Assembly (NCBI GenBank): GCA_012295275.1
Contig: CM022672.1
Span: forward strand, 14,198,001 to 14,262,000
Direction: 5' to 3'
Length of the DNA stretch: 64,000 nt
Origin: Chrysomallon squamiferum
Taxonomy: Eukaryota; Animalia; Mollusca
How positions within the stretch are numbered: position 1 is the stretch's first letter; the number at the start of each line of letters is the position of its first letter. Of this stretch, positions 51,646-64,000 are shown in pieces. Below the pieces are notes generated by a model, which saw nothing but the letters and a program-made list of their open reading frames with translations, did not search any database and was not told the DNA's origin. Position numbers and translations under genes: made by a program.

Positions 51646-53021
51646 TCTAAGATTCTGTGTGTATCACTCACTGTATGGGTATAAATAGCCTTCACCCTAG
51701 TGTCTGAAATTAAGGCGACGGTAAAATTCGGATTGACGATGTTTTTCTAGAAAAGGATTCTTATTCAATTAACTATTGTTTCATGTACAATCAATGATTT
51801 TTGTTACTTTCTTCTTTAAATTTACTGTTTGTAACGATTTTTTTCTTTTAAGTTTTATATTATTTTAAATTTGTATTTTCTCGAATCCATAATCTATAAT
51901 TTGAATAGTATTAGTGGTAGTAAAAGCCAGTTTCACAACAGAATGACCAGAAGAATTCAAGAAAAAGTCACTGAAAAAAAAAAAAAAAAAAAAAAAAAAA
52001 ACGCAGTCGAAGAAGAAAGTCACAAATTACTTTAAGAAAAAAATAATTAAATACAGGATAAAACAGCAGTATAACAGAAGATACCAGTCAAGTTTGCTTA
52101 GAACAATTTCCTGCCCGTTTTGCAGAGATCATAGAACCTCGTCTGTGGCCACTTGATCTTTTGACACATTTCCACCACAATCGAGTTGCGTATTTGCTAA
52201 CGTATTAACAGATTTTGAAGTCGCCTTTATTACTATGAATAATTTCCAGACGAAAAACACATGCATAATTACTACAGAATACTCTAACACAAGTCATAAA
52301 GGTAGAGAATGTGATGCCACTCTAATTTACTGTAATTAATCTTCACCAGTAAAAATGAGCCACTTTCTATGTACTACAGATTAGTTATAATCACTGTAAG
52401 TAAGACCAGTCACGGCCTATGCACACTATTAAACTACTTTCTTTAATCCACTTGACCTCAACCAAAAGATTAAGCTAGACCGGTCACAGCTCAAGAAACT
52501 ACAAACGCATATATTTTATTAGACTGTTTAGATATTGATTACATTTTATTAGATAGTTTATTTGGTTGTGATTTTTAATATTTTTACTTTTATTTATTTA
52601 TTCATTTATTTATTTATTTTTAATTAGACATAGTTTAACAGATGTACTAGTTTGGTACGAGTGTTCATGATTATAATTTATTTGTTTCTTTATCTTATTT
52701 ATTTTTTTTTTCATTTGAGCTTGATGTGCGTATGTGTGTCACTTACCAAAATATAGCTTTTGTGGACGTAACTATTTTTACTTCAATAAATTACTTGTTA
52801 TATATATATTGTTCAGAGTTACTTCTTTAGTGTTTAATTGTTGCTTTAAATTTTAAAAGGCCATTTTAAAAACAGCTGTCTTTTTTATTGTTGTTATTTA
52901 ACACCTGTTTTATTTTGACGTATAGTTCTTGTAGACGGAAACGAATTCAGTAAATTAAATACAGGTTAGAACTTTTAGCTAGATAAACAAAATAGTTAAA
53001 TTAATATTACAGATTAAAAAC

Positions 53022-53023
<2 letters not shown>

Positions 53024-53071
<48 letters not shown>
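53024..53071. repeat. (TA)n microsatellite
   Basis: Direct reading. Confidence 0.9.
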
Positions 53072-53074
<3 letters not shown>

Positions 53075-53417
53075 AATTTTAAAAATAACGTTATTAATAT
53101 TAGTGTATCTTTCTGTGATTTTATTTCTGTTTTCGTTCTTTTTTTTTTTTTTTTTTTTGTTATTGAGAATTTACTAATATAGGTTTGACAAGCACAACTG
53201 ATCAGAGTCCGAAAGACCCCTATCGTGTTCTATTCTTTCACTATTTTATACTTGTCCACCTTTCCGTCTTTTAGGCTATAACTAATTAGTATTTATACTT
53301 GTTAAAGGTCAAGGCCATGTAAATGGCAGAAAACGTGAAATTGAAAGTTCTTTGTTTTTAAGATAGTTTATGTTTTGAGATATGGGTATATAAGCAAATA
53401 TATTTTTTCTTCACAAA

Positions 53418-55249
53418 ATGAATTATTTGCCTGGAACTGCAAGTTTAATTGAGGAAATAGATAGTAGGTTTTGTCTATTGTATTAATATTTGTTTTCAAG
53501 ATTTGGACAAGCAACGTCATAATCATTTTATGATTTTAGTTACAAATTTTCGAAGACCGTGCATAATACATACCGTTTCCTTTCTTTTTACCAAACCCAA
53601 AGTAAATAAATAATAATTATAATAAATAATAATTAAAACATCAAAGAAAAATAAACAAATGGAAGAAATTTAGTTCAAAGTTTGTAGTTCAATTTACTAT
53701 TTAGGCAGTTAAATTGAATAACTTAACAGAAATACATATCCATATGAGACTTTTAATTAGAAAATTTTAGATTGAAAATAATTTAATTATATTTTGTCTT
53801 CTCGAATCTCTTCTGGTATTATTTTTGCAATAAAAATAAATAAATTAATTAATACATAATGATGATTTTAAAAACAAAACAAAAAACAGCACACCAGAAT
53901 TTAAGTGAATAAACAGTTAGGTCAGTTGATATAAAAATAGATGAAGGAATAATACAGACTACGTCACTGATATAGGGTTTCATTTTTAAAAAGTTTTTAT
54001 AATTTTATTATTTTATTATTGTTATTTACATCAAGGTTAAATGTTAACTGATTGATTTCTTCCACAGAAAAATTACTAGTGGTACTTCGAGATGGGAGGA
54101 CATTAATAGGATATCTCCGAAGTATTGATCAGTTTGGTAAGTTTAATTTTAATCTTGTATTTATTTAAAATCGCTGCTAATGTTATTCAGTATACAGCAT
54201 CATCTGACAAAACATACAATTGTTTCAACACGTAATATTTATGGTCAGTGTACAGAAGTTCAGTCTTTCACTAATTAGTTTTTACATAGTGTATTTAAAT
54301 AAATATTGAACTTTTTTCTCCCCAGCAAATCTGGTTTTACACAGAACTATTGAGAGAATCCATGTAGGAAAAAAATATGGAGATATCCCTAGAGGCATCT
54401 TCATTGTGCGAGGAGAAAATGTTGTTCTCTGTGGAGAAATTGTAAGTGGATTTTTTTCGTTAATGTAATCAAATGAATAGTTAGATTGATTTTCCATGGA
54501 AATTCACTTCTTCCGTCATCATTATGTAGCTGTAGTATCCTTGAATGCTGATGATGTAGTAAGTGAACACCTACAGATTGTGAAGCTTCTCACATATTGT
54601 GACACATGTGAACAGTTGAATAAAGAATAAACATATTATATTGCAAATTTAGTTCAATTTTCACAATTTAAATAATTTTTCTTACAAGTGATTGCTTCAT
54701 ATAAAGATTATGTGACAGCCAGACTAGGTTATGATGAACAAATAAAACTAAGTTTTTCACCTCCCTGCACCCTGAAAAATTAATAATATTTTAGGTTCTG
54801 TGAAAACTTTTAAAAAGAAACAGAAACAGTGTCTGCAACCTCTTGAAATTATTTTTAAATAGTTTGTTGATAGACACAATATTTTTATTATTTAATTTAT
54901 TTTTTTATTTTTTATTTTTTTCAAAATTAGTATTCTTTTTATCATTATTCTTTTAAATTCTTTTATTAATTATTATTTTTTAAATGATTCACGATTAGTA
55001 AGTAACAGAACAAGATTTGTGCCAAACTGGTGCATGGAAAATTTGTATTGTTATTTTTCTTCTTCTTTGGTTCAGGATTTAGAAAATGAGGACAATTTAC
55101 CACTAGAGCAGGTATCTATTGATGACATACTGGAGATGCAGCGAGAGGAACAGTTACTGAAACAGCAGGAGGAAGAAAGGAAGAAGAAAGCATTACTGGA
55201 ACGTGGACTCCAGCCAAATGACCACTCTGTGATGGACGATTTCTTTTAA
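53418..55249 (+). CDS. LSM1: Sm-like protein LSm1 (mRNA decapping activator)
   Basis: Exons 53418-53463, 54068-54136, 54326-54441, 55076-55249. MNYLPGTASLIEEIDKKLLVVLRDGRTLIGYLRSIDQFANLVLHRTIERIHVGKKYGDIPRGIFIVRGENVVLCGEIDLE is the LSm1 signature. Confidence 0.97.
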
Positions 55250-55871
55250 TATATATTTACTGGAATTGTTTTACTTGTTGTTGACAAATCATTTGTTTGA
55301 AATACAAGTACAAGTTTAATTATTAAGTGGAATTTTGATTTAATAATTTGTAATTTATACTCATATCATTACTTTTGTGGGTTTACTTCATCTTAATTTA
55401 TTAACTCCAAATGGTACAGTGATAACTGAATTTAGAATATTATTCAGGCATGGTTTAGCTACTTAAAATTAATTTTTTATAGTCATTTAAAAAAGAAAAA
55501 AAACTAAAATTTCCAAATTTTATATTGTTGGTTATCTTCAAAGTTAACATTTGTCATCCGCATTTTTTATATTTTTATATTGTTAAAGAAATTTAAAAAA
55601 AAACATTGTTTAAGGATAAAAAATAGAAAAAAATGTCTGTTAAATAAAAGATAGCAAAACATGGCCGGTAGATAGGCCAGCTGTCTTGACACAGACAGAC
55701 AGGCAAGAACAAAATAAAACTGGTTGAAGTATTTGTGATTAGACTATGGTATCCATAGTGGTTGGGTATTTAATGTTTTCGGAGTGAAAAACCAAATATT
55801 TCAAGATGAAAGGCAATTTAATACCTGAAGAGAATACATGGAAATAAGTTGGAATGAAAAAAGATTAAGTT

Positions 55872-55905
<34 letters not shown>

Positions 55906-57735
55906 TACAATATTATTTCTTCCTTTCTTTTTTTTTTTTTTGTTTCTTATTATCTTCAAATTTGTATTTGCATTTTTTTATTCAGTTTTTTTTCACTTCT
56001 AGATTCTCTTTTGTAGTACCTGGTCGTTAGATAGATAAGGTACAACAAATTGTTTAACAGAGAATAATTTATACTTTATATTATCTATGACTTCCAAAAT
56101 GTTTTCATGTCAAATGTTTTCTGCTTTATTTGTTAAACAGCAGATTATTTCACATTAGATTTAGTTGTAACAAAAACCTAGGGTTTATTTATTTATTATT
56201 TTTTTTCTTCTTCAGATCTGAATGAAAATAAAATAACAAGAAATAAAAAAATATATTTCCAATGTTAACATGTTGGTTGTTTTCATTAAACTAGGGAAAA
56301 CTATACAACCTGGACAAAAGTGAATGTACAATAATGTTTTATGTGTGTGTGTGTTTGTCTTATTTATGTAACATATATTTAATGATAACAAGTTTTCATA
56401 AATAAAATTATTTGGACACGTGGTCATCAATCTTCCAGAGAGCATGTCTGTGATGGTAGACCACATTCATCTAGAGCTAACAAAGGCCAGATGGACATAT
56501 TTTGAATAGGGTCTATGGGTCAGATAATGGATGAAGATAAACCAGAAAATTACTTTTAAAACACTTTTCATTTAATTTCACACTGTTTGTTTTAAAGTGA
56601 TACATGATTTGAGAGCAAGACTGAAATACATTACTTTATCTGGATTATTTAATCCTTCAGTGTTTTAAAGATGTTTGCTTCTTAATTCCATATATTAAAA
56701 GAGAACCAGTATAACATATTCTTTATATTAGAACAATCAAAATCATGCATACATGCAAACATATACATTTAAAACATAAACTGTTAAAACATTTGTATTA
56801 AAAGAATGAAACACTGGTAGGGTAAACAATATTTTATTTGTAAATAATTTTTTATCATTACTTTTTATGCATGTTATAATAATACAAATATATTTATGTA
56901 AAATGAAAACAAAATTACTATTTTAAAAAGATCAAAACGTGCCTCTTATAATCTTTTTATTTCAAAACTTAAATAATAAATATACACATGTAGATTATTT
57001 TTTCATTTTGTATGACATTTTGTAAAGAAATTTACAGAAAAGCAAAGCTACTGAACAGAAATCTACTTTCTGGAAATCTTAGATAAAAAAAAAATAAATA
57101 AAAAAATAGAAATTAGTCATAAATAATTTATATTTATTACAATAAACATAAGTATATACAATTTTGTTTTTGTGAATATCTCCAGCAATAAATAAATTAT
57201 CTTTTAAAGTAGTGTGCTGATGATAGAAAATAAAAATAAAATCTGTATCTTAATAGAAATTGCAATAAAACAAATCTGTATCCCTTATTTATTTATTGGT
57301 TTACTTATATAAAACTTAGAATAACTGTTAATGGATCTAGTTTATTATTATGCTGACAGTGAAAAAAGAATAAAAAAGAACAGCAAAATAATTTAATTGG
57401 TGTTGAATTTTCAAGTGATGATGTAAAATGATTCTATTTTTATTTATTTTTTTATTAATAAATAAATAAAAAAAAAACATTCTGCTATCTCAACAAAATC
57501 TCAGACCCCAGTGAAACCAAATTATCCTTGTCCAAACAACAATACACTTAGCAGAAATGTTTTTTTTATAAAATCTCTTTCCTTAATAATTCAAGTTCCA
57601 GACATTATCCTATGCACGTATTAAATGACAGACCTTCACTGCCTAGTTGACTTGACTTCAGGAAAAACAGCCAAACCAGCTTGTAGCAAATTTATCACAG
57701 GAATTCAGAGTATTTTAAAAACATTCTTGGTGATG

Positions 57736-58038
57736 TTAAGCAGCACCTTTAGTAGTTTTGAGGTTGAATCCACCACCTGTAAATCTTGGTCCGTCACTGC
57801 GTTGGGGCTGAATGGTGGGCATACCAGCTTGCATCATAGCTCGTTCACGATCGCTGCAAGTGGACATTTATTGTTTATTAGTAACTGTTTTGAAAAATTA
57901 CCAACACACTTATTATAACTGATTTAAAATAACATTCATGAAACGCATACACAGAGACACACATATACACAGACACAGACACAGACACACAAACACACAC
58001 ACACACACCTATCTAAACACAAACACAAACGTGTATAT

Positions 58039-58069
<31 letters not shown>

Positions 58070-59218
58070 CATATACATATTCACACATACACATATATAT
58101 ACACACACATACATGTGTTAATATTACTAGAACAGTTTGTAACGATGGTTCTGATGGAACTATTAACAGATTCAACAACAAACTGGTTCTTCAGCTGCAT
58201 TTGACTATAATATGACAAAGTGAATACCGTGCTTGGTTTTCCTTCTTTTTCTGCATGAAGTATTTCTTCTTGACTTCCTGAAGCTCTCGTGCTATCCTCT
58301 CAATCTCATACTTGTACTCATTTACTTGAGACTCGTACATGTTCAGCTCTGAGGCCATGGCCTAAAATGTAGGATAACATGGATTATAACATATATTATT
58401 AATATTATTAAAAAAAAAATATTTGGTTTTAATTGCAGGGGAACTAAAAGAAAAAAAGTGACACAGCAGAAGCTGTCATATTATAGTAGTTTTTATATGA
58501 CAAAATTCTTCTTTCTTTCTGTTTTATTTTAATTACATGGAAACATATGTGGACTCTTTAATGTCAGTGGTGGGCTTCATTACAGCTGTGCTATAGAATT
58601 ATAAGACAAAATCATATTTCAAATTCTTGCTAACACAATAATGATAAAACAGTGTTTAGAGCATATATTTTGTATGTTCTATGCATGCATGTATGTATGT
58701 ATGTATGTACACACACAAACACACAGAATATGTATATTTTTAAGGATACCAAATGCACCATCTCAGATTTGTATATAACATATGCATTTTTGTTTTCATT
58801 AAGCAAAATACACACCTTCATCTGTTTGGACTTGTCCTTCAAAGTTCCCTGGTAAATCTGTAATTGTTCAGCGACCTCGGGTCCAGGCTGGCGTGCTAGG
58901 ATGTGTTTGAGCTCGAGGTAAAGTTTCTCTTTCTCCTGAATGAGAAGTTCCTTCTCAACAACCTCCTCAGTTTTCTGTATGAGACGCTTCTGCAGTGTGT
59001 GAATCTTCTGTATCATTTCATAGGTACTGGGATCACTTCCCTGTAAGTAAGGGGGAACAAAAATCATGCAACAAATTAATGAATGAACTGATGGATGGAT
59101 GGATGGATGGATGGATGGATGGGATGGATGAATAAATGAAAAACGAATGAATATTTGGTTAATGACACTTGAAGACATTTTTTTACCGACTGCTATAATA
59201 TATGACTCAATTATTTCT

Positions 59219-59273
<55 letters not shown>

Positions 59274-62200
59274 TAATAATAATAATAATGATGATAATAA
59301 TAATAATAATATTAACTCTGTCCAGCAATAAGCGTTTGTGTCCTAGGACCAATGGCTGGACCTAACATTACAGGGTTACAAGTACTCCGAGAGCAATTCA
59401 TGAATCCAATAATAATAATAATAATAATAGAGAGAAATCCTCTGTACATACCTCCAGTTTTCTCCACCGGTGAATGTTCATTGGGTTCTCTAATTCCTCC
59501 TCCAGTGCCTTGCATCGTGTTCTCTCACGTAGCAGTTCTCTCTGAATGTGATAAACTTCACGCCTTTTTTAAAATAAAAACACAAACAGGTTATTATTGT
59601 GACTGGTTCAAATATGATACAGAAAGAGATAAAAAAAAACATTTACTGCAGAGTATTTTAAAAAGTCTATTTTGTGGTTTGAACAAATAAATTATATATA
59701 CATTTTTTAAGCGATTGTATTTATCTGTTATCACTCTTTTCTAACAATAAAGTATTAATATCATAAGCTCATGAGAGTGTGTAAATAATGCCATATTCCT
59801 TATTTGCCAGTCATTTCTACATGAGAAATAATGTTTAAAAAAAAAGGAAAACATCTCCATGATCATCTCATTTTGTCACATTTTATTATTAGGTAAACTT
59901 GATGTTGAGAATAATAATACACTCAGGAGCTTTGTTATTGAAAATGAAAACAAAAACAACTGTTCTAGCACTATTTACCTCAGATCTTCAACATTAGCCA
60001 CACTTTTCTGCAATATTGTCTTTTCACGTCTGAGTTTTTTAATTTCAAGTTTGAGGACCCGAATGTCTTCAAGTCGCTGGTTGTACTGGACTTCTCCTTT
60101 GTTGAGAACACTCTGCTGAATTTTAATCTTCTCATACAGCAGAGCAAGCTCATCATTACGCCGTACCAACTGTGTTCCAAGAATATCTCGTTCACTGATC
60201 ACCTACGTATAGAGAGCAGAATATTACTATAACATATTCACTTTTTATTTTAGTATTAAATACCGAGGTTAACAGCAGTTGGTTATTCTTTGAAAACATA
60301 ATATAATAACAAATTAATAACAAAGAGATGTATTATACTTTTTCTAAAATCTAATTCAATTATTGTATCAATCTACATAAACCATCCTCAGTTTTATAAT
60401 AAGAAAAGCATAAATTGCTAACATATTAATGAAACTGAATGTTAGTGACATTTAATAATAAATAGCAAGTCTTTTTTTTTTTTTTTTTTTTTTTTTTTTA
60501 GGTACGTTACTAAAATGATTAGGTCAGCTTTGACTGCTTGACAAATTCATTATCACTATTCCTGTCAATGTGAAATCAGAAAACAAATCAATATTTTGTT
60601 ACAACCAGTGTGAAAGCACATTCAAATCCTCGAAACAAAACTGTCTGTATAGTACATTCCATTCTTTAGCATTTATATATTTTTGCTGATTTTGGTCTTT
60701 TTCCCTTTTTTTAAAAAAAAAAATAATTAAACTTTGTTTACTATGAAATTTGATATCACCACAACTAGAATGTCTTCCCCTGATCAATTTTCTGAAATCT
60801 TGGATCTTTCATTGGAATAGTGAGTTATTTAAATACCTGATCAAGTTCTTTCTTCTGTCTAACTCTTTCAGCGTCTGCCTCGGCTATGATCTTGAGCAGT
60901 TTGCGTTCCTCAGCTTCTTGGGCTTCAATGTAAGCCTTGCTCTCAGATGCCTGCTGCTTCATTTTCTGCAGCTCAGCCTTCAGTGTCTCCTTCTCCTTCT
61001 CCACTCTCTGGTGTTCAAGATGCTCCTTAACTAGAGCTGCCTCCTTTGCTTGAATCTCCTCCTTAAGCTGGTCGATTTGATGATTCATGATCTTCAACTT
61101 ACGTTTCATTTCTGTAATTTCATCCTGTGAATTTTTTCAAATTAAAATATTAGTATGTGAAATTACTGAAAATATAACTACCTTTTTTCTGTTTTGTCCA
61201 AAAACTCATAGTGTGTCTTCATATATAGTAATAACTTCAGTAATATTATTTGTAATGATTAAAATAATAATCCACATATGGATAGATTTACCATTAATCT
61301 TATAAATAAATATCTTTTTACCACAATATTAATACCAATCTGTTGCTTTTTAATTTTATTATGATTTACACAATTATTTAATCAGCTGTATGACCTTTAA
61401 TCATGGTACACATTTGTTAGACATTTTAGTTCAAAATGTATCATAAACTTTAGATCATTATAATCAGAACATAAATGAAAGGACACTGGAAGGCAGATGT
61501 GAATGATCACTAAGATGCATAATGAGATGGAGAAATAGATGAATGGATTTATGGAAAGAATTATGGATTTTCATCTTGACAGATGAATGGGAGATGTGAT
61601 GTATTTGTCCTTTTGTATACATATACACACACATACACATATATACATAATTTATAAACAATTAATAACTAAACAGACCTGTGACTCAATGAGGTTCTTG
61701 CTGTAAAGATTCCTGTCACTGCGTACAGCCTCATACAAATTCTGTTGTTGTTTAAGTTTTGTCTCTGCTTCAGCAATTTTCTTTTTGTAGTCAAAGATCT
61801 GCATCTCTCTGACCTTGACATCTTCCATGTGTTGTAATACCTACAGACAAAACAAAACATTACATTAAAATTATCACCAGTAGTTTGCATTTGAATATTT
61901 ATTAATTAGTCTTATTGCAAAGAGGATGAATAATTACTTAGGTAAATACAGATGAAACAAGTTAGTTTATTAATTTTGTCTTTATGAAAATCTTCTTGAG
62001 TTGAAAACTTGAATCTGGTTTAATTTATTATTATTTAAATTCTCTTAAATGATTATATATAATAAAGCTTCTTGTATTAAAAATAGTTTAAAAACTATAA
62101 TAAATCACTTGCTTCTTTTTATAAACATTATGGACATACACACTCAAAAGTATTTCCTTGTTTCTATTCTGCAAACACTGTAAATGTATGTATAATAAAA

Positions 62201-63911
62201 ATAAAACTTTAATAAATGTTATATGCAAATTTACACTAATGTGTTATAACAAACTTACTTTCTGAGTGAGATCTGATGCCTCATTGATGTATCTGTCACG
62301 TTCTTTCTCCAACTGGTAGATAATCTTTCTCTGTTTTTGAGCTTCCTCTTTGTAATTCTGAATCTCCTGTTCCAAGTTCTTCTTGGATTGTTCATGAAGT
62401 TTCACCAGGTGGAGCTGTTTCTGGGTGGCACTAGCTGCCTTCAGCAGATTCTGGAATAACAAGAAAATAAATGAATTAACATCTGTTTAACAAGACCTAT
62501 AAAACATTTCACTGTTGAGGCTTCATATATCAATTAGCAGCAATAAATATTTTACATACTACAGTTCTTCAGCCTTCCAGATGGCTTTCTAGCAAAAAAT
62601 TTAAATTTTGTTTGGAAGAAGAAAAAGTTAATTTGCTATTTGATTAGTGCATTTTTACAACTGCAAACAGAATGAATATAATCTTGAAAATTACTTCCAC
62701 CATATTGATGGTGCCCACTAATTTCTGAAGCAACAGATTATCTCCAAAGATGGTCAACACAATGGTCACTAAAAACTGACCTTGTTGAGGATGTCCCTTT
62801 CTCTGATGAGGTCATCAATAGTCTTTCTGTCATTTTCTGCTTGCTTCTTAGCAGCTTCAAGCTCTTAAATAATAAAGATTGTTAATTAGCAGACTGTTTA
62901 TTAAAAAGAAAGAAATATAAATAACCAAACAAAATTAATTAAAATTAATATTAATAATTTACAATAAAGAAATGAAAAAAAACAACAGCTGCACAATAAA
63001 ATAAAATCACACAAATTTAAAGCTGACCGTCAGACATTAGATTTCAAACATAAAGATTTGTTCACTATTTTATATAAGACTAAATCAGTTAATTTTGTTC
63101 ACTAAAATATTGTCCACAGTGTGATCTTGTCACTTTATTTTATTATTATTATTTTTAAAATATATATTATTTATTTTGTTTGTTTCTATGGACACCAACT
63201 AAAGATTCAATCCTACATGTTTGAAATAATTAAATATTATATATTAACCTCGTTCCAGTCCTAAAACTTGACCTTTCAAGGTCTCTCTTTGTTGTTCTAC
63301 ATCTGCCTTGGCATCCTCAGCTTGTCGCAGTTTCCTCTGAATTATCTCCCTTGTTTTGTTCAATCTTTGAGTTTCAACCTTCAAGGCATTGACCTCTTCT
63401 TCTTTTTGCTAAAAATATTATTTGAAAAACATATTTTTTAAATGTAATGTTACTGACAATTGATTTAGTACATAACACTGATTTTAATACATTAAATCCT
63501 AATTTCAAAAGCCAAAAATATATAAGAAACATTTTATCAGACACTTTAAAGTCGCAAAAAAAAAAACTAATAATATTTATAGATAAGATTTCAGGATTTT
63601 TTCAACATCTTTTTTTGAAGTTTCAAAGATATGTGTCATGGCTGAACCAATAAAAAAAAAAACATGGAAATAATTAATAACTGATAAAAATAAGATTTCA
63701 GAATCTACAAAATGCTGCTTACTACAGATCTTGATTGTAATGGGTGGTTACCTCCATCATTTTATAACCGTACCTTCAATTCTTGGACTTTGGCTTGGTT
63801 TTCTGTAGCCAGAGCATCGGCAGCTATTAGCTGTTGATCATACTCCTGTGTCAGCTTCGTGAACCTTGCATGCATCACCTCCGAGTCTTTGATAGATCTC
63901 TCATTGAAAAC
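57736..63911 (-). CDS. CFAP58: Cilia- and flagella-associated protein 58 (CCDC147), 5' part beyond window edge
   Basis: Exons 63911-63774, 63408-63249, 62863-62781, 62450-62259, 61840-61679, 61124-60837, 60202-59979, 59563-59452, 59040-58816, 58361-58228, 57853-57736. Coiled-coil with VISERDILGTQLVRRNDELALLYEKIKIQQS, LENPMNIHRWRKLEGSDPSTYEMIQKIHTLQKRLI, LARQPGPE and C-terminal PRFTGGGFNL. Confidence 0.95.
57945..58113. repeat. Compound (CA)/(TA)/(CATATA)n microsatellite in last CFAP58 intron
   Basis: Direct reading. Confidence 0.85.
59222..59311. repeat. (TAA)n microsatellite
   Basis: Direct reading. Confidence 0.9.
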
Positions 63912-64000
63912 CTACGACAAACAGAGAATAACATTAAACAACAATTATAATACATTTTTTCAATAAACAAATTAGTAACAGACAACCTGGACACATTTTA

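Noticed and set aside
59311-59407. ~95-bp GC-richer island flanked by (TAA)n in a CFAP58 intron
   Set aside because: Could be a microsatellite-associated repeat fragment, but no TIR, TSD, ORF or second copy is visible in the window.

Overview
AT-rich, intron-rich animal genomic DNA (an invertebrate, plausibly a mollusc or other lophotrochozoan; this is inference only). Seven protein-coding genes, reconstructed exon by exon from GT-AG sites and phase continuity, lie in strictly alternating orientation: THOC3 (-, runs off the left edge), FANK1 (+), B4GALT7 (-), an orphan class A GPCR with an uninterrupted ORF, GPR26/GPR78-like motifs and a ~510-aa tail (+), mitochondrial peroxiredoxin PRDX3 (-), LSM1 (+) and CFAP58 (-, runs off the right edge). 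There is one clear 807-bp TA-flanked Tc1/mariner-superfamily (Tc2-like) MITE and many microsatellites. The most unusual signal is that most of the larger intronic tandem arrays are amplified copies of a real exon-intron junction, in register with the functional splice site. This is seen at FANK1 (one acceptor, three donors), B4GALT7 (one acceptor) and more weakly at THOC3. The copies range from young arrays of dozens of intact decoy splice sites followed by in-frame stops to old copies whose GT has decayed. One FANK1 array has the form of ~26 frame-preserving poly-Leu microexons. Other points: three candidate alternative first exons for FANK1, an intron splitting the GPCR stop codon, and gene content matching the vertebrate 4p16/5q35/8p11/10q25-26 paralogon.
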